Positions 37,976-51,216 of a DNA stretch of 64,000 nt are shown here, piece after piece. Positions within the stretch are counted from its first letter, which is position 1. The number at the start of each line of letters is the position of its first letter. The notes beneath the pieces are model-generated. The model saw nothing but the letters and a program-made list of their open reading frames with translations. It was not told the DNA's origin and did no database searches. Source of the stretch: Heterodontus francisci (Eukaryota). The DNA lies in the NCBI RefSeq assembly GCF_036365525.1, contig NC_090415.1:11222001-11286000 (forward strand), written 5' to 3'. A program made the position numbers and the translations under genes.

Positions 37976-38324
37976 CAGCAAACAGCAGTCTCCTTCCAGC
38001 AGCACTTTGTTTGGGGAAACTTGTCCGCAATCTGGCTCAGAGATCGTCATTGACTTTGGGGCAAGTTCAGGAGGGTTGCGAGTTGTTTGCAAGAGACAGA
38101 GTGAGGCAGGAAGTGATCCGGTAACATGGAGTGAGCGGCGGAAGGCAGAGGCATTTCTTGGGCTGCGTGTGCACTGCGTAAGTGAGACAAAGGGTGAAGA
38201 AGCTGCTGTTGAAATTCATGGCTGTTTTTATCCTCAAACCTGTAATGCTTGTTCCTGGTTTAGCTCCTATTTCACGCTGTTTGTTGTTATTGACAAGTGA
38301 ATATTGAAAACAGAGCCGGACTGT

Positions 38325-38912
38325 TGGCATTTATTGCAAGGGGGATGGAATATAAACGTCAGTTGTTGGTGAGACCTCACCTGGAGTATTGGATACAGTT
38401 GTGGTCTCCTTCGCATTGGATGCAGTTCAGGCAAGGTTCGTTCGGTTGCTTCCTGCGATGAATAGGTTGCGCTTTGAGGAAAAGGTTGAGCAGGTTGTGT
38501 TACACTCATTGGAGTTTGTAATAATCAGAGCTAATCTTATTGCAAAGTGTAAAATTCTGAGGGGTCTTGACAGAGTAGATGCTGAGAAGATATCTCCCCT
38601 CGAGGGAATCAAGAACCACGCCGTACAGTTTCAGAATAAGGGGTCTCCCATTTTAGACGGAGGTAAGGAAGAATTTCTTCTCTCAAAGTGTCATTAATCT
38701 ATGGAATTTTCTACCCTTGAGAGCAGTGGAGGCTGGATGATGAAATATATTCAAGGATGAGTTAATTTTTTTTATCTACAAGGGAGTAATGGGTTTTTGG
38801 CCAGGCAGGATAATGGAGCTGAAGCCAAGATCAAATCAGACATGATTTTATTGAATGGTGGATCAGGCTGGAGAGGCTGAATGGCTGACTCCTGCTCCGA
38901 ATTCTTAGGTTA
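38325..38912 (+). mobile_element. CR1 3' fragment (duplicate at 44805-45432)
   Basis: KILRGLDRVDAEK and tail. Confidence 0.85.
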
Positions 38913-39887
38913 TTACATTATAATGCCAGATGGAAATAGAAACCTGACCTGCACAAATATCCCTGCTCCATCAGGTCATCCCAACCTTGGAGCAGTGTAG
39001 ATGTTGGCTTGTTTCTGGATGTCCAAAAATTGTTGTGAAACTGCCAACAAACCTCGTCAACAGATGCTAAGAACTGCAGTGGAATCAGACAGTGATATTC
39101 TTTGTATTTTTGGTTAGCATTTGTGATTAGTCATAATGATTATAAATTGAAATGTTACATTAATCTCTTTTCTAGCTTCCAACTCAACTGCTCGTGACTT
39201 ACAATACATAGTTTTCTTCCTTACTGTCGGTGAATAGTTCAAGGGAGCAGAATGAATGTGATGATTCCCAGGCACAAGGGCAAGTGCAGTCGGCTCCTTC
39301 CATCACAGACAAGGTACAGTACCACTCCCATAGGCCTTCAGTTCATGGCATTGTCACAAGAAGCAGATGTAGTCAAACTCTCACCGATCCCAAGTTTAGA
39401 GACACATTTCCAATCCAGTAATTAAACAAATCAGAAGAGACAGACATTGTATCCAATCCATTCCAAATCAATACTGCTGAAAGTTAGGTCAAGTTCAAAA
39501 GCAGAACCCACTATCAGATTAAAAGACACTCTGTCAATCTCACAAGAGGGTGCATCCTGGAGACAGTGAATCTCACCCTCACATGCCTGAAACTGATGTT
39601 GACAAAATAAAAATAAACACATTCATATAATGTAAACAGACAGGCACAAAGTGAAATTCACATTTCCAAATTATTAAAGAGTTTAAGTAAAGATTAAAAC
39701 CTTCAGCCACAGAAGAGAAACTGACAGATACAGAGAAGAAAATAAAACCCCTCACAGGCAAGAGACTGTCCGATAGAGAATAAAACCAGAGTCACCTAAC
39801 AGAGACAGACAGTTACCAGTAACAGACATGACACATTGCAGAGACAGAGAAGTACAAAGGAAAATCAATTCTTCAATAACAGAAATT

Positions 39888-40230
39888 CTTTCTTTCTTTG
39901 GCCTCCTTGTCTCGAGAGACAATGGGTAAGCGCCTAGAGGTGGTCAGTGGTGTCAGTCGCTGTGAGGCAACTATGGAGTGACCTCTCCATGGCGCATGCC
40001 TGGGCGAATGTATGGAGGTTGAGAGTTGCCCAAGCGTCAAAACCCCCCTCTCGGCCTTTCTGGTGGGGTCCAAAGGAGTGCAGAGCACGACGTTTGGCAC
40101 CGGTATGGCTGCAGGAACTGCCGGAAACATGCCAAAGGTGACACATGACCGCCTACGGGGTTCCACTCCGGATTTTCTGTTAGGGTTTACTCCCTTAGCC
40201 GTGGTCTCTCCCGAGACGCCCACAAGGCAG
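39888..40230 (-). mobile_element. Non-autonomous RTE-derived SINE-like element
   Basis: 3' end ccattgtctctcgagacaaggaggccaaagaaagaa closely resembles the end of the RTE LINE at 35293; GC-rich head, no RT. Confidence 0.7.
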
Positions 40231-40469
40231 CTGTTCATTTGACAAATAAAACAAGTTAGGGTTATACCCTCATAACCAAAAAATACTTGCTGCAGTCAGG
40301 TGGGAGTTGAACAGTGCAAACCACCCTCACCAGGTGGCCGTAACCAATTGGGGGCTTGTCTGGGATCTGAACTGCCAGACAAACGGGAAATTTGGAAAAC
40401 GGGAGGGAAAATTGACCTCTAAATTGTGGAAGGGTAAAACTGACTGTGAGGAGGGATGATACGTTGGAA

Positions 40470-41370
40470 GGTTCATCAATATGAGGCCATATATTTTGAG
40501 CTAAGGAACAAAAAAGGGACAATCGCACTGCTGGAAGCGTACTATAAAACCCCAAACAGTCAAAGGGAGATAGAAGAGCAGATATGTAGGCAAATCTCTG
40601 GGAAGTGCAAGAACATTCGGGCAGTAATAGTAGGGAATTTTAACCACTCCAATAATAAGTGGGATAGTTTTAGTGTGAAAGGAATTGAGGGAGCAGAATT
40701 CCTGAGGTGCATTCAATAGAAGATTTTTGGCCAGTAGGGCCAACAAGAGAGGGTGCAGTTTTAGACTTAGTTTTAGGAAATGAAGCTAGGCAACTGGAAG
40801 GAGTAGCAGTGGAAGAGCATTTTGGTGGTAGTGATCATAACTCAGTCAGTTTTAACATAATTATGGAAAAGGACAGAGATAGAACAGGAGTTAGAGTTCT
40901 CAATTGGGGAAAGGCCAATTTTACTAAGTATTCATTAAGAACAATACCAACATCTTCCACCCCTACACATAGGTTACCTTTTTGGTCTTTTATGGGCCCT
41001 ACTCTCTCCTTAGTTATTCTCTTACTCTTAATGTATTGATAAAACATCTTTGGGTTCACCTTGATTTTGCTTGCCAATATTCTTTCATGCTGTCTCTTAG
41101 CTTTCCTAATTTCCTTTTTGATTTCACCCCTCGGCTTTCTGGAGTATTGAGTTCTCAGTGTCGAAGTAAGCTTTCCTTTTCTGCTTTATCTTACCCTGTA
41201 AGCTCCTTGACATCCATGGGAATCTAGATTTGGTTGTCCCATCCTTTTTCTTTGTGGGAACATGTCTGCTCTGAACCCCTTGAATCTCCCCTTTGAATGC
41301 CTCCCATTGCTCTGACACTGATTTACCTTCAAGTAGCTGTTTCCAGTCCACATTCGCTAAATCACTGCTC
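40470..41370. mobile_element. CR1 endonuclease-region fragment with internal inversion
   Basis: Plus piece ends WGKANFTK (~40928). Its continuation SDLANVDWKQL...LNEY lies inverted at 41370-40925. Confidence 0.8.
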
Positions 41371-42880
41371 AACAGAAATTGAAATCTAGGAATAACAGAC
41401 ATACTCATGTAATAGACATTGATAACTGCAGACAAAGAAAATATGCTCATAAACCTATCAGGAACTGTAAGCTGCATATTAAAACGTACAGTTACAGAGC
41501 AGAAATCGACTGATTCAGAGATAGGCCCCATGTCACAGAATAGAGTTTGAAAGAGACAGAATAAACCCACAACATCATACCTTAAGGTTTAACCTATCAT
41601 CCAGGTGCAGCTTAAAACTGACACTCACATACCAGAAGACAACTGGTGCAAAGTAAAACTCACTCAAGTAACAGAAACTGATAGGTACAGATCAAAAACC
41701 ACAATCATATCCCAGAAAATAACAGGTAAAGAATAAAACAACAGTCAGATATCAGAATCTGTCAGATAGTGAAATAAATCCACTTTCATTTTCCATAAAC
41801 TGACAGGTACAGACTAAAAACTACATTCATTTACTATCAATGGACAGGTACAGATTTAATCCCTCATTCACTTAACAGAAGCAAACAGATATAGGGTAAA
41901 GCATGTTCTCAAATTCCAAAGATTGAAAGATCGAGAATTAACTCACATTCACATACCAGCAACTGACAGAGAAAGATTAAAATCCTCCCACATTTCGCAA
42001 AGTAACAGGTACACAATAAATGCCACCCTCACATATGAGAAACTGGCAGAAACAGATTGTAAAAAGACTTGCAAAGGAGAAACCAACAGGTACACATTAA
42101 AATCTACATTCACATATCAGGAATTAGGAGATACAGTATAACTGCCACACTTACCTACCAGAGACTGACAGACACAGTGTGAAATCCATAGTGAATTGCA
42201 AGAAATTGACAGAGAGTGAAAGTCTCTCATCCATAACAGACACTGACAGGTACAAAGTAAACCTAACAATTGCACTTCAGACACTGATAGATACAGAACA
42301 ACACACACATAATTAAGAACATTCATATACCAGATACTGACAGATACAGGCTAAAACTCACACACAGAGAAAAAAAACTGACAGGTTCAGAATAAAATTG
42401 GCAGTCACATTTCAGAGAATGACAATATACAAAGTAAACCTCACAGCCAGTGTCAGAAACTGGCATGTACAGATTAAAAATCACATTCACATCCGAGAGC
42501 GTGGAGAGATGTGATGTAAAATCCACACTGAAACTCTTACTCTTATACCAGACAGGGACAGGTTCAAGGCCTCAGCTACACATGAGACTTTAAGGGCACA
42601 GGTTAAACCTTAAATTGGCATACTAGACAATCAAAGATAAAGTGTGAACCCCCACTCATATACACAAGAATGTAATATTGTGTCAAATCCACAATCACAT
42701 ACCATATACTGATGGGGACAAAGTACAAGCCAGATACGCATACACCAGAAGCTGTAAGGTACAGAATAAGACATTTCTCACATAAAACAAACTGACAGGT
42801 ACAGATAAAGCCACATTCCAAAACTGAAACCGACAGAGGTAAATTGTAGACCAGGGATTGAGATATACAGTGAAACTCCA
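41371..42880 (+). repeat. Degenerate 40-bp array (begins ~39550, before the insertion)
   Basis: Colinear with 8240-9740 and 46080-47875. Confidence 0.85.
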
Positions 42881-42884
42881 CCCG

Positions 42885-44705
42885 CCAAGACTGGTGTGGG
42901 AGAAGTGAGGATCGCTTCGTCGGGCACTGGTACCAGTACTAGGGAAAGTGGAGGCTGTACCATTTGGACAGTCCATACCTGAACCAAGCTGGGACCAGTG
43001 TTCGAGAAAACCATATAACTAGGGATGTAGAGAGGTACTTGATCTAAACAAAGTGGTAGAGGCATCAAGCTTTAGTAGATGTAACAAATCAAGGGGTAGA
43101 GTCAAGGCAGGAGAACACAATAGTAACAGGGGAAATGAAGGCCAGAGAATGGCTGGAAGGGGCAGAGAAAAATAACCTTAGAGCAGACCAACAGTCAACA
43201 CTAGATGTGACAAAGATAACAAAAAGATAACACCAAAGGCCCTTTATGTGAATGCACATAGAATTCATAACAAAGTAGAGGAACTGATAGCACACGTTGA
43301 AGTAAATAAATATGATCTAATAGCCATTATGGAGACATGGCTGCAGGATGACAAGGATTGGGTCCTCAATATTGAGGGATATGTAACATTCAAGAAGAAT
43401 AGGAAGCTAGGTAAAGGTGGAGAGCTGGCACTGTTAATCAAGGATCGCATTGGTGCAATTGTTAGACATGACCTTGGTTCAGGAGATCAGGATGTAGAAT
43501 CGGTTTGAGTGGAGATGAGGAATAGTCGGGGAAAGAGGCACTAGTCAGAACAGTCTACAGGCCCCCAGACAGTAATCACAATTTAGGATGAAGGATACAA
43601 GAATATCTATTGGGTGCTTGTGATAATGAGATGGAAAGAATCACAGGTGTTTTAATCAACACAGTGGTGCAGTGGTTAGCACCTCAGCCTCACAGTTCCA
43701 GCAACCCAGGTCCAATTCTGAGTACAGCCTGTGCGGGGTTTGCAAGTTCTCCCTGTGATTCTGTGGGTTTTCGCCGGGTGCTCCAGTTTCCTCCCGCAGC
43801 CAAAGGCTTGCAGGTTGATAGGTAAATTGGCTATTATAAATTGCCCCGAGTAATAGTAGGTGGTAGGAGAATTTAGGAAAGGTGGGGATGGGTTAGGAAT
43901 ATGGGATGAATGTCGGATTAGTATAAATGGGTGGTTGATGGTTGGTACAGACTCGGTGGACTGAAGGGTCTGTTTCAGTGCTGTATGTCTAAAGTAAATA
44001 ATTATAAACTGGAAAGAATGAGATTGGTAATAGAAGCCTGTATGAGGAGTTCAAAGAGTGCTTTCGAGATAGTTTCTTCGAGCAGCATGTTCTAGAACTT
44101 GCTCGACTTGGCATTGTGCAATTTGACAGGATTAATTAATGACCTCAGAGTAAATGCACCTCTTGGTAGCAATGATCACAATATGATTGAAGTTTGCATC
44201 CAGTTTGAAAGTGAGAGGAGTGGGTCTAAGACTAATATTTTAAGCTTAAATAAGGACAACTATGTGGGCATGAAAGCTGAGCTAGCTGAAGTGAACTGGG
44301 ATCAATTGAGAAGCAGTGGCAGACATTTAAGTGGATATTTCAGAATACTTTAAATAAGTATATCCCTACTGTAAAGAATAATTCCAAGGGGAGGACCCTC
44401 CATCCATGGTTGATTAAAGAAGTTAAGGAAGGCATCAACCTGAATGAAAAGGCATATAATTGTGCAAAGATGAATGGCAGGTCAGATGATTGAGTCATTC
44501 TCTGTCATTCTATATATTCTGACCAAAGGTTAATCAGGAGAAAATAAATTAGAGCATGGGAGTAAGCTAGCTTGAAATGTAATAACGGATAGCAAGGGTT
44601 TCTGCAGGCATTTGAAAAGGAAAGGTTTAAGTAAAGTGAGTGTTGAGAATGTAAATTGGAAGTTCAAGTTTGGTAATAAGGAAATGGCAGAAGTAATGAA
44701 CAAAA
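42885..44705 (+). mobile_element. Decayed CR1 (ORF1 end and EN) with nested V-SINE at ~43655-43995
   Basis: YDLIAIMETW, GSNDHNMI; SINE head gtggtgcagtggttagcacc. Confidence 0.85.
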
Positions 44706-46079
44706 AAATAGTTTCTCAAACCTGTAATGCTTGTTCCTGGTTTAGCTCCGGTTTCACGCTGTTTGTTGTTATTGAAAAGTGAATAGTGAAAACAGAGCCG
44801 GACTTTTGGCATTACCTGCAAGGGGGATGGAATATAAATGGAGGAAAGTTTTGCTACAAATTTGCGGGGTGTTGGTGAGACCTTACCTGGAATAGTGGAT
44901 ACAGTTGTGGTCTCCTTCGTGCATACGTGCATTGGATGCAGTTCAGGCAAGATTCGTTCAGTTGGTTCCTGAGATGAAGAGGCTGACTTATGAGCAAAAG
45001 GTTGAGCAGTTTGTGTTACAAACATTGGAATTAGTAATAATCAGAGCTAATCTTATTGAAAAGTGTAAGATTCTGAGGGGTCTTGACAGAGTAGATGCTG
45101 AGAAGATATCTCCCCTCCTGAGGGAATCAAGAACCACGTCGCACAGTTTCAGAATAAGGGGTCTACCATGTTCGACAGAGGTAAGGAAGAATTTCTTCTC
45201 TCAAAGCATCATTAATCTATGGAATTCTCTGCACCAGAGAGTAGTGGAGGCTGGATTATGAAATATATTCAAGGATGAGTTAAACTTTTGATCTACAAGG
45301 GAGTAATGGGTTTTTGGCCAGGCAGGATAATGGAAATGAAGCCAAGGTCAAATCCGACATGATTTTATTGAATGGTGGATCAGGCGCGAGAGGCTGAATG
45401 GCTGACTCCTGCTCCTAGTTCTTAGGTTCTTATATTGTAATGCCAGATGGAAATAGAAACCTGACCTGCACAAATATCCCTGCTCGATCAGGTCGTTCCA
45501 ACCTTGGAGCAGTGCAGATGTTGGCTTGTTTCTGGATGTCTCAAAATTGCTGTGAAACTGCCAAGACACCTCGTCAGCAGATGCTGAGAGCTGCAGTGGA
45601 ATCAGACAGTGATATTCTTTGTATTTCTGGTTAGCATTTGTGATTAGTCATAATGGTCATTAATTGAAATGTTACATTAATCTCTTTTCTAGCTTCCACC
45701 TCAACTGCTCGTGACTTACAAGACATAGTTTTCTTCCTTTCTGTCGGTGGATAGTTCAAGGGAGCAGAATGAATGTGATGATTCCCAGGAACAAGGGAAA
45801 GTGCAGTCGGCTCCTTCCATCACAGACAAGGTACAGTATCACTCCCATAGGCCTTCAGTTCATGCCATAGTCACAAGGAGCAGATGTAGTCAAACTCTCA
45901 CTGATCCCAAGTTCAGAGACACATTTCCAATTCAGCAATCAAACAAATCAGAAGAGACAGACATTGTATCCAATCAATTCCAACTCAATACTGCTGAAAA
46001 TTAGGTAAAGTTCAAAAGCAGAACCCACTATCAGATTAAAAGGCACTCTGTCAATCTCACAAGAGGGACGCATCCTGGA

Positions 46080-47875
46080 GACAGAGAATCTCACCCTCAC
46101 AAACCTGAAACTGATGTTTACAAAATTCATAGAACGTAAACAGACAGACACAGAGTGAAATTCACATTTACAAATTATTAAAGAGTTTAAGTAAAGATTA
46201 AAACCTCCAGCCACTGAAGGGAAACTGACAGCTACAGAGAAGAAAATAAAACCACTCACATGCAAGAGACTGTCAGATAGAGAATCACACCAGAGTCACT
46301 TAACAGAGACAGACAGTTACCATGTAAAACCCATGGACACGTTGCAGAGACTGAGATGTTCAAAGGAAAAGCAATTCTTGAATGACAGAAATTGAAAGAT
46401 AAGAATAACACACATACTCATGTAGTAGACGTTGATAGCTGCAGAAGAAAAGAAAATGTGCTCACACACCTATCAGGAACTGTAAGTTGCAGTTTAAAAC
46501 TTACAGTTACAGAGCAGAAATCGACAGATTCAGAAAAAGGCCCCATGTCACAGACTAGTGTTTGAAAGATACAGAATAAAACCACACTATATTACCTTAA
46601 CTTTACGGGTCCAGCTTAAAACCGACACTCACATACCAGAAGACAACTGGTGCAAAGTAAAACTCACTCAAGTAATAGAAACTGACAGATACAGATCAAA
46701 AACTGCAATCATATCCCAGAAAATAACAGGTACAGAATAAAACAACAGTCACATATCAGAATCTGGCAGACAGAGAAATAAAACCACCTTCATTTTTCAT
46801 AAACTGACAGATACAGACTAAAAACTACATTCATTTACTATCAATGCGCAGGTACAGATTTAATCCCTCATTCACTTAACAGAAACAAACAGGTATAGGG
46901 TAAAGCACAGACTCAAATTCCAAAAATTGAAAGATCCAAAATAAACCCACCTTCACACACCAGCAACTGACAGAAGAAGATTAAAACCTTCTCACAATTC
47001 AGACAGTAACAGGTACTGAATAAATGCCACCCTCACATAAGAGAAACTGGCAGAAACAGATTTTAGCCCAGACTCGCATAGGAGAAACCAACAGGTACAC
47101 ATTAATATCTACATTCACATATCAGAAATGAGGAGATACAGTATAAATGCCGCACTTAACTACCAGAGACTGACAGACACAGAGTGAAATCCATAATGAA
47201 TTGCAAGAAGTTAACAGTTAAGAGAGTGAAAGCCTCTCATCCACAACAGACACTGACAGATACAGAGCAACACACACATAATTAAGAAGATTCATATATC
47301 AGATACTGACAGATACAGGTTAAAACTCACACAGACAGAAAATAAAATGACAAGTTCAGAATAAAATTGTCAGTCACATATCAGAGAATGACAATGTACA
47401 AAGTAAACCTCAGCCAAATGTCAGAAACTGGCATGTACAGATTAAAACTCACATTCACATCCGAGAGAATGTAGAGATGTGGTGGAAAATCCCCACTCAA
47501 AAACCAGACTGAAACCCTTACTCTTATATCAGACAGTGACAGAGACTGGTTAAAAACCACAGCTACACATGAGACATTTAAGGGCACAGGTTAAACCTTA
47601 AATTGGCTACCAGACAATCAAAGATAAAGTGTGAACTCCCACTCATATACACAAGAATGTAATATTAACTGTCAAATCCACACTCACATACCCTATACTG
47701 ATGGGGACAAAGTACAAGCCAGAACACACACACAACAGAAGCTGAAAGGTACAGAATAAGACGTTTCTCACATAAAACAAACTGACAGGTACAGTTAAAG
47801 CCACACTCAAAATCCGAAACTGACAGAGGTAAATTGTAGACTAGGGATTGAGAGATATACAGTGAAACTTACACC
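46080..47875 (+). repeat. Degenerate 40-bp array
   Basis: Same unit and order as 39550-42880. Confidence 0.85.
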
Positions 47876-48989
47876 TGCCAAGACTGGTGTGGGAGAAGTC
47901 AGGTTCAGTTTGTGGGGCACTGGCACCAGTACTAGGGAAAGTGGAGGCTGTACCGTTCGGACAGTTCAGACCTGAGCCAAGCTGGGACCAGTGTTCGAGC
48001 AAACCGGATAACTAGGGATGTAGAGAGTTACTTGATCTAAACAAAGTGGGAGGAGAACAAGCTTTAGCAGATGTAACAAATCAAGGGGTAGAGTCAAGGC
48101 AGGAAAACAGAATAGTAACCGGGGAAATGAAGGCCAGAGAATGGCAGGAAGGGACACAGAGGAAAAAAAAACTAAGAGCAGACCAACAGTCAACACTAGA
48201 TGTTACAAAGATAACAAAAAGATAAAACTAAAGGCTCTGTATGTGAATGCACAGAGCATTCATAACAAAGTAAAGAAACTGATAGCACATGTTGAAGGAA
48301 ATAAATATGATCTAATAGCCATTATGGAGACATGGCTGCAGGATGACAAGGATTGTGTCCTCAATATTGAGGGGTGTGAAACATTCAAGAAGAACAGGAA
48401 GCTAGGTAAAGTTGGAGGGGTGGCACTGTTAATCAAGATTGGCATCAGTGCAATATTTGGACATGTCCTTGGTTCAGGAGATCAGGATGTAGAATTGGTT
48501 TGGCTGGAGATGAGGAACAGTCAGGGAAAAAAGGCACTAGTGGGAGTAGTCTACAGGCCCGCAGACAGTAATCACAATGTAGGATGAAGTCTACAAGAAT
48601 AACTAATGGGTGCTTGTGATAAAGAGATGGAAATAATCATGGGTGATTTTAATCTTCATAAAAACTGGAAAAAATCAGATTGGTAATAGAAGCCGGTATG
48701 AGGAGTTCATAGAATGCTTTCGAAGTAGTTTCTTTGAGCAGCATCTTCTAGAACCATCCAGTGAGCAGGTTATATTAGACTTGGTATTGTGTAATTTGAC
48801 AGGATTAATTAATGACCTCAGAGTATCTGCACCTCTTGGTAGCAATGATCACAATATGATTGAGGTTTGCATCCAGTTTGAAAATGAGAGGAGTGGATCT
48901 AAGACTAGTATTTTAAACTTAAATAAGGACAGCTATGTGGGCATGCAAGCTGAGCTAGCTGAAGTGAACTGGGTTACTGGGCCAGGAGA

Positions 48990-51216
48990 CGAGAGTGGTC
49001 CTAAAGGAAGAGTGCTAAATTGGGGCAAGGCCAACTACACCAAAATTCGGCAGGAGCTGGGGAATGTAGATTGGGAGCAGCTGTTTGAAGGTAAATCCAC
49101 ATTTGAGATGTGGGAGGCTTTTAAAGAGAGGTTGATTAGCATGCAGGAGAGACATGTTCCTGTGAAAATGAGGGATAGAAATGGCAAGATTAGGGAACCA
49201 TGGATGACAGGTGAAATTGTGAGACTAGCGAAGAGGAAAAAGGAAGCATACATAAGGTCTAGGCGGCTGAAGAAAGACGAAGCTTTGAAAGAATATCGGG
49301 ATTGTAGGCGCAATCTGAAACGAGGAATTAAGAGGGTTAAAAGGGGTCATGAAATATCTTTAGCAAACAGGGTTAAGGAAAATCCCAAAGCCTTTTATTC
49401 ATATAGAAGGAGCAAGAGGGTAACTAGAGAAAGGATTGGCCCACTCAAGGACAAAGGAGGAAAGTTATGCGTGGAGTCAGAGAAAATGGGTGAGATTCTA
49501 AACGAGTACTTTGCATCGGTATTCACCGAGGAGAGGGACATGACGGATGTTGAGGTTAGGGACAGATGTTTGATTACTCTCGGTCAAGTCGGCACAAGGA
49601 GGGAGGAAATGTTGGGTATTCTAAAAGGCATTAAGGTGGACAAGTCCCCAGGTCCGGATGGGATCTATCACAGGTTGCTGTGGGAAGCGAGAGAGGAAAT
49701 AGTTGGGGCCTTAACAGATATCTTTGCAACATCCTTAAACACGGGTGAGGTCCCAGAGGACTGGAGAATTGCTAATGTTGTCCCCTTGTTTAAGAAGGGT
49801 AGCAGGGATAATCCAGGTAATTATAGACCAGTGAGCCTGACGTCAGTGGTAGGAAAGCTGCTGGAGAAGATACTGAGGGATAGGATCTATTCCCATCTGG
49901 AAGAAAATGGGCTTATCAGTGATAGGCAACATGGTTTTGTGCAGGGAAGGTCATGTCTTACCAACTTAATAGAATTCTTTGAGGAAGTGACAAAGTTGAT
50001 TGATGAGGGAAGGGCTGTAGATGTCGTATACATGGACTTCAGTAAGGCGTTTGATAAGGTTCCCCATGGTAGGCTGATGGAGAAAGTGAAGGCGCATGGG
50101 GTCCAAGGTGTACTAGCTAGATGGATAAAGAACTGGCTGGGCAACAGGAGACAGAGAGTAGCAGTGGAAGGCAGTTTCTCAAAATGGAGATGTGTGACCA
50201 GTGGTGTTCCACAGGGATCCGTGCTGGGACCATTGTTGTTTGTGATATACATAAATGATTTGGAGGAAAGTATAGGAGGTCTGATTAGCAAGTTTGCAGA
50301 CGACACTAAGATTGGTGGAGTAGCAGATAGTGAAGGGGACTGTCAGAGAATACAGCACAATATAGATAGACTGGAGAGTTGGGCAGAGAAATGGCAGATG
50401 GAGTTCAATCAGGGCAAATGCGAGGTGATGCATTTTGGAAGATCCAATTCAAGAATAAACTGTACAGTAAATGGAAAAGTCCTGGGGATAATTGATGTGC
50501 AGAGAGATTTGGGTGTTCAGGTCCATTGTTCCCTGAAGGTGGCAACGCAGGTCAATAGACTGGTCAAGAAGGCACACAGCATGCTTTCCTTCATCGGACG
50601 GGGTATTAAGTACAAAAGTTGGCAGGTCATGTAACAGTTGTATAGGACTTTGGTTCGGCCACATTGGAATACTGCGTGCAGTTCTGGTCGCCACATTACC
50701 AAAAGGATGTGGATGCTTTGGAGAGGGTGCAGAGGAGGTTCACCAGGATGTTGCCTGGTATAGAGGGCGCTAGCTATGAAGAGAGGTTGAGTAGATTAGG
50801 ATTATTTTCATTAGAAAGACGGAGGTTGAGGGGGGACCTGATTGAGGTGTACAAAATCATGAGAGGTATAGACAGGGTGGATAGCAAGAAGCTTTTTCCC
50901 CAGAGTAGGGGTTTCAATTACAAGGGGACATGAGTTCAAAGTGAAAGGGAAAAGGTTCAGGGGGGATATGCGTGGAAAGTTCTTTACGCAGAGGGTGGTG
51001 GGTGCAGGGAACGCATTGCCAGCGGAGGTGGTAGACGCGGGCACGATAGCTTCTTTTAAGATGTATCTAGACAGATACATGAATGGGCAGGAAGTAAAGA
51101 GATACAGACCCTTAGATAATAGGCGACAGGTTTAGATAGAGGATTTGGATCGGCGTAGGCTTGGAGGGCCGAAGGGCCTGTTCCTGTGCTGTAATTTTCT
51201 TTGTTCTTTGTTCTTT
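48990..51216 (+). mobile_element. Younger 5'-truncated CR1 LINE with nearly intact RT
   Basis: Long open frame with KSPGPDG, NYRPVSLTS, QHGF, GVPQGSVLGP, FADD; (ttctttg)n tail. Confidence 0.95.

Larger units (their letters stand above)
38234..44710 (+). repeat. Tandem segmental duplication unit A (unit B 44715-~51640)
   Basis: Both begin tcaaacctgtaatgcttgttcctgg and are colinear through CR1, exon-like blocks, the 40-bp array and CR1. Confidence 0.9.
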
